Positions 62,776-64,000 of a stretch of 64,000 bases of DNA are shown in pieces. Source of the DNA: Actinomycetes bacterium (GTDB lineage: Bacteria; Actinomycetota; JAHEXW01). The notes beneath the pieces are model-generated. The model made no database searches, had not been told where the DNA came from, and worked only from the letters and a program-made list of their open reading frames with translations. Within the stretch, counting starts at the first letter, position 1. Each line of letters starts with the position of its first letter. Position numbers and translations under genes: made by a program. The stretch is from contig JAHEXW010000006.1 of assembly GCA_023251915.1 (NCBI GenBank), positions 1,489-65,488 on the forward strand, given 5' to 3'.

Positions 62776-64000
62776 TGTCGCTCGTTTTCTCCCCGCTGCC
62801 GGTCAGCTTGCGCACCTCGGCTTGAAAATCGTCGCCCCGGGCCGCGTAGCCTGTATACATGTCAAAGCTGGCGCAACCCGGACTCAATAAGACGATGTCA
62901 CCCGGCCTCGCCAAGCTGTGCGCCGCCGTCACGGCTTCGTGCATAGTGGCCGCGCGAACCAACTCTATTCCCAGCGAATGTCCGGCCTCTGCGACGACCG
63001 CGGCAATCTCTTCGGCCGCCTCACCGAAAGCGACGACCGCTTTGACGCGTTCTTTCATAATGGGCTCGAGCAGGCTGAAGTCCATACCTTTGTTTCTGCC
63101 GCCGGCTAGCAGCACGACCGGTTCGTTGAAGGCCTCGATGGCCCGGCGAGCCGCGTCCGGATTTGTCGCTTTGCTGTCGTCATAGTAAGTGACGCCGCCG
63201 ATCGCGGCTACCCGTTCGACCCGATGAGACAACCCCTTAAACGCTTGCACCGCCTCCGTCACCTGTGCCGCCGAGATGCCCCACAACAAGGCCGCGGCCA
63301 CGGCCGCCAGGATGTTTTCCAGATTATGCGCGCCGCGCAGCCCCAGTTCCGCCACAACACCGTCAACAACCGGCATATACCGGGGCGGCAATACTGCCCA
63401 GATGCGTCCGCTGTCGACGAATACGCCCCGGTCGGTTGCCTTATAGATGCTATAGGGGACAACGGTTGACGGCACGTCGTCCATTACGTCGGCGGCCAGC
63501 TCGTCATCCAGGTTAATGACCGCATAGTCATCCTCCGTTTGCTGGGCGAATAATCTGGTTTTTACGTCACGGTACGCGAACATGGTGCGATGCCTGTCTA
63601 GATGGTCGGGAGTGATGTTTAAGAGAATGCCGATTTTGGGCTTAAACTCGATAACGGTTTCCAGCTGAAAACTGGATACCTCGGCAATGATGACCGCTCT
63701 CGGGTCCAGTCCCTGGATCGCTTCGACCATGGGCAGGCCGATGTTGCCGGCGACGACATTGGGAATGCCGGCCGCGCTGAATATCTCGCCCAATAAAGTA
63801 ACCACGGTGCTTTTGCCGTTCGTGCCTGTCACCGCGATTATCGGGTGGGCCGTCAGCCGGTAAGCCAGTTCAAGCTCGCCGATTACTTCGGCCCGGCTGC
63901 GCTTGGCGACTTTTACCGCTGGCGAGTCGATGGCCACACCAGGGCTGACAACCACCAGGTCATAGCCGCGCGCCATTGAGCCGTTGGTCTTCCAAGCAAT
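62768..64000 (-). CDS. murD: UDP-N-acetylmuramoylalanine--D-glutamate ligase MurD (N-terminus lies beyond window end)
   Basis: Mur ligase motifs (GTNGKST, DSKATN). The reading frame is still open at position 64000 (..IAWKTNGSMARGY..), so the CDS is partial. Confidence 0.85.
   Translation of the reverse strand: MAWKTNGSMARGYDLVVVSPGVAIDSPAVKVAKRSRAEVIGELELAYRLTAHPIIAVTGTNGKSTVVTLLGEIFSAAGIPNVVAGNIGLPMVEAIQGLDPRAVIIAEVSSFQLETVIEFKPKIGILLNITPDHLDRHRTMFAYRDVKTRLFAQQTEDDYAVINLDDELAADVMDDVPSTVVPYSIYKATDRGVFVDSGRIWAVLPPRYMPVVDGVVAELGLRGAHNLENILAAVAAALLWGISAAQVTEAVQAFKGLSHRVERVAAIGGVTYYDDSKATNPDAARRAIEAFNEPVVLLAGGRNKGMDFSLLEPIMKERVKAVVAFGEAAEEIAAVVAEAGHSLGIELVRAATMHEAVTAAHSLARPGDIVLLSPGCASFDMYTGYAARGDDFQAEVRKLTGSGEKTSDNG

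Noticed and set aside
1-64000. tRNA, rRNA, CRISPR arrays, IS elements or integrases
   Set aside because: No cloverleaf-like tRNA candidates, rRNA-like segments, regularly spaced direct repeats, transposase or integrase ORFs were seen in any intergenic region.

Overview
High-GC (~60%) bacterial chromosomal segment with almost every supported gene on the minus strand. Only three convincing plus-strand genes: cspA-like cold-shock protein, prepilin peptidase, and a Cys-rich orphan. I found no rRNA, tRNA, CRISPR array, transposase or integrase.

Gene content by coordinate:
- 1-3.4 kb: tyrA (runs off the 5' edge), DAHP synthase and a GT4 glycosyltransferase.
- 3.4-7.1 kb: SDR, WrbA, a membrane protein, an orphan PIN-domain protein and two tandem divergent PlsY-like acyltransferases.
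- 7.3-15.8 kb: Tad/Flp pilus locus 1. It looks more AT-rich than its flanks and has no secretin. It carries a Flp pilin, TadC, TadB, CpaF, CpaB, a tandem-HTH regulator, CpaE/TadZ, two TadE/G-like proteins, a lipoprotein and an unusual Trp/Tyr/His-rich repeat membrane protein.
- 15.8-19.5 kb: MEMO1-family protein, dprA, comM/yifB, yraN.
- 19.7-21.9 kb: radical SAM/SPASM enzyme, a possible small basic peptide, and an ArsM-like methyltransferase.
- 22-23.1 kb: two paralogous DUF4352-like lipoproteins.
- 23.2-27.1 kb: gpsA, canonical plsY, der, ispH.
- 27.1-34.7 kb: Tad locus 2 (TadC, a vWA-TadB fusion, CpaF, CpaE, CpaB, TadG-like, TadE, two Flp pilins). A prepilin peptidase lies at 35.5 kb on the plus strand.
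- 36.6-39.6 kb: class II FBA, a PfkB kinase, acylphosphatase, and a Cys-rich orphan.
- 39.7-64 kb: a Gram-positive-style division/cell-wall block: rluD, lgt, lspA, dksA-like, ileS, divIVA, yggT, proC, sepF, yggS, then phoU-pstBACS embedded in the cluster, then pgeF, ftsZ, ftsA, ftsQ, ddl, murB, murC, murG, ftsW, murD (runs off the 3' edge).

No secretin in either Tad locus, lgt/lspA lipoprotein processing, and the sepF/divIVA/yggT architecture point to a monoderm-type (Actinomycetota/Chloroflexota-like) organism. This is inference.

Two short dispersed intergenic repeat families and a candidate small RNA were also seen. The most novel candidates are the Trp-rich repeat protein inside the AT-richer Tad island, the vWA-TadB fusion, the rSAM/SPASM plus ArsM-like pair with an intervening small basic ORF, and the tandem divergent PlsY paralogs.
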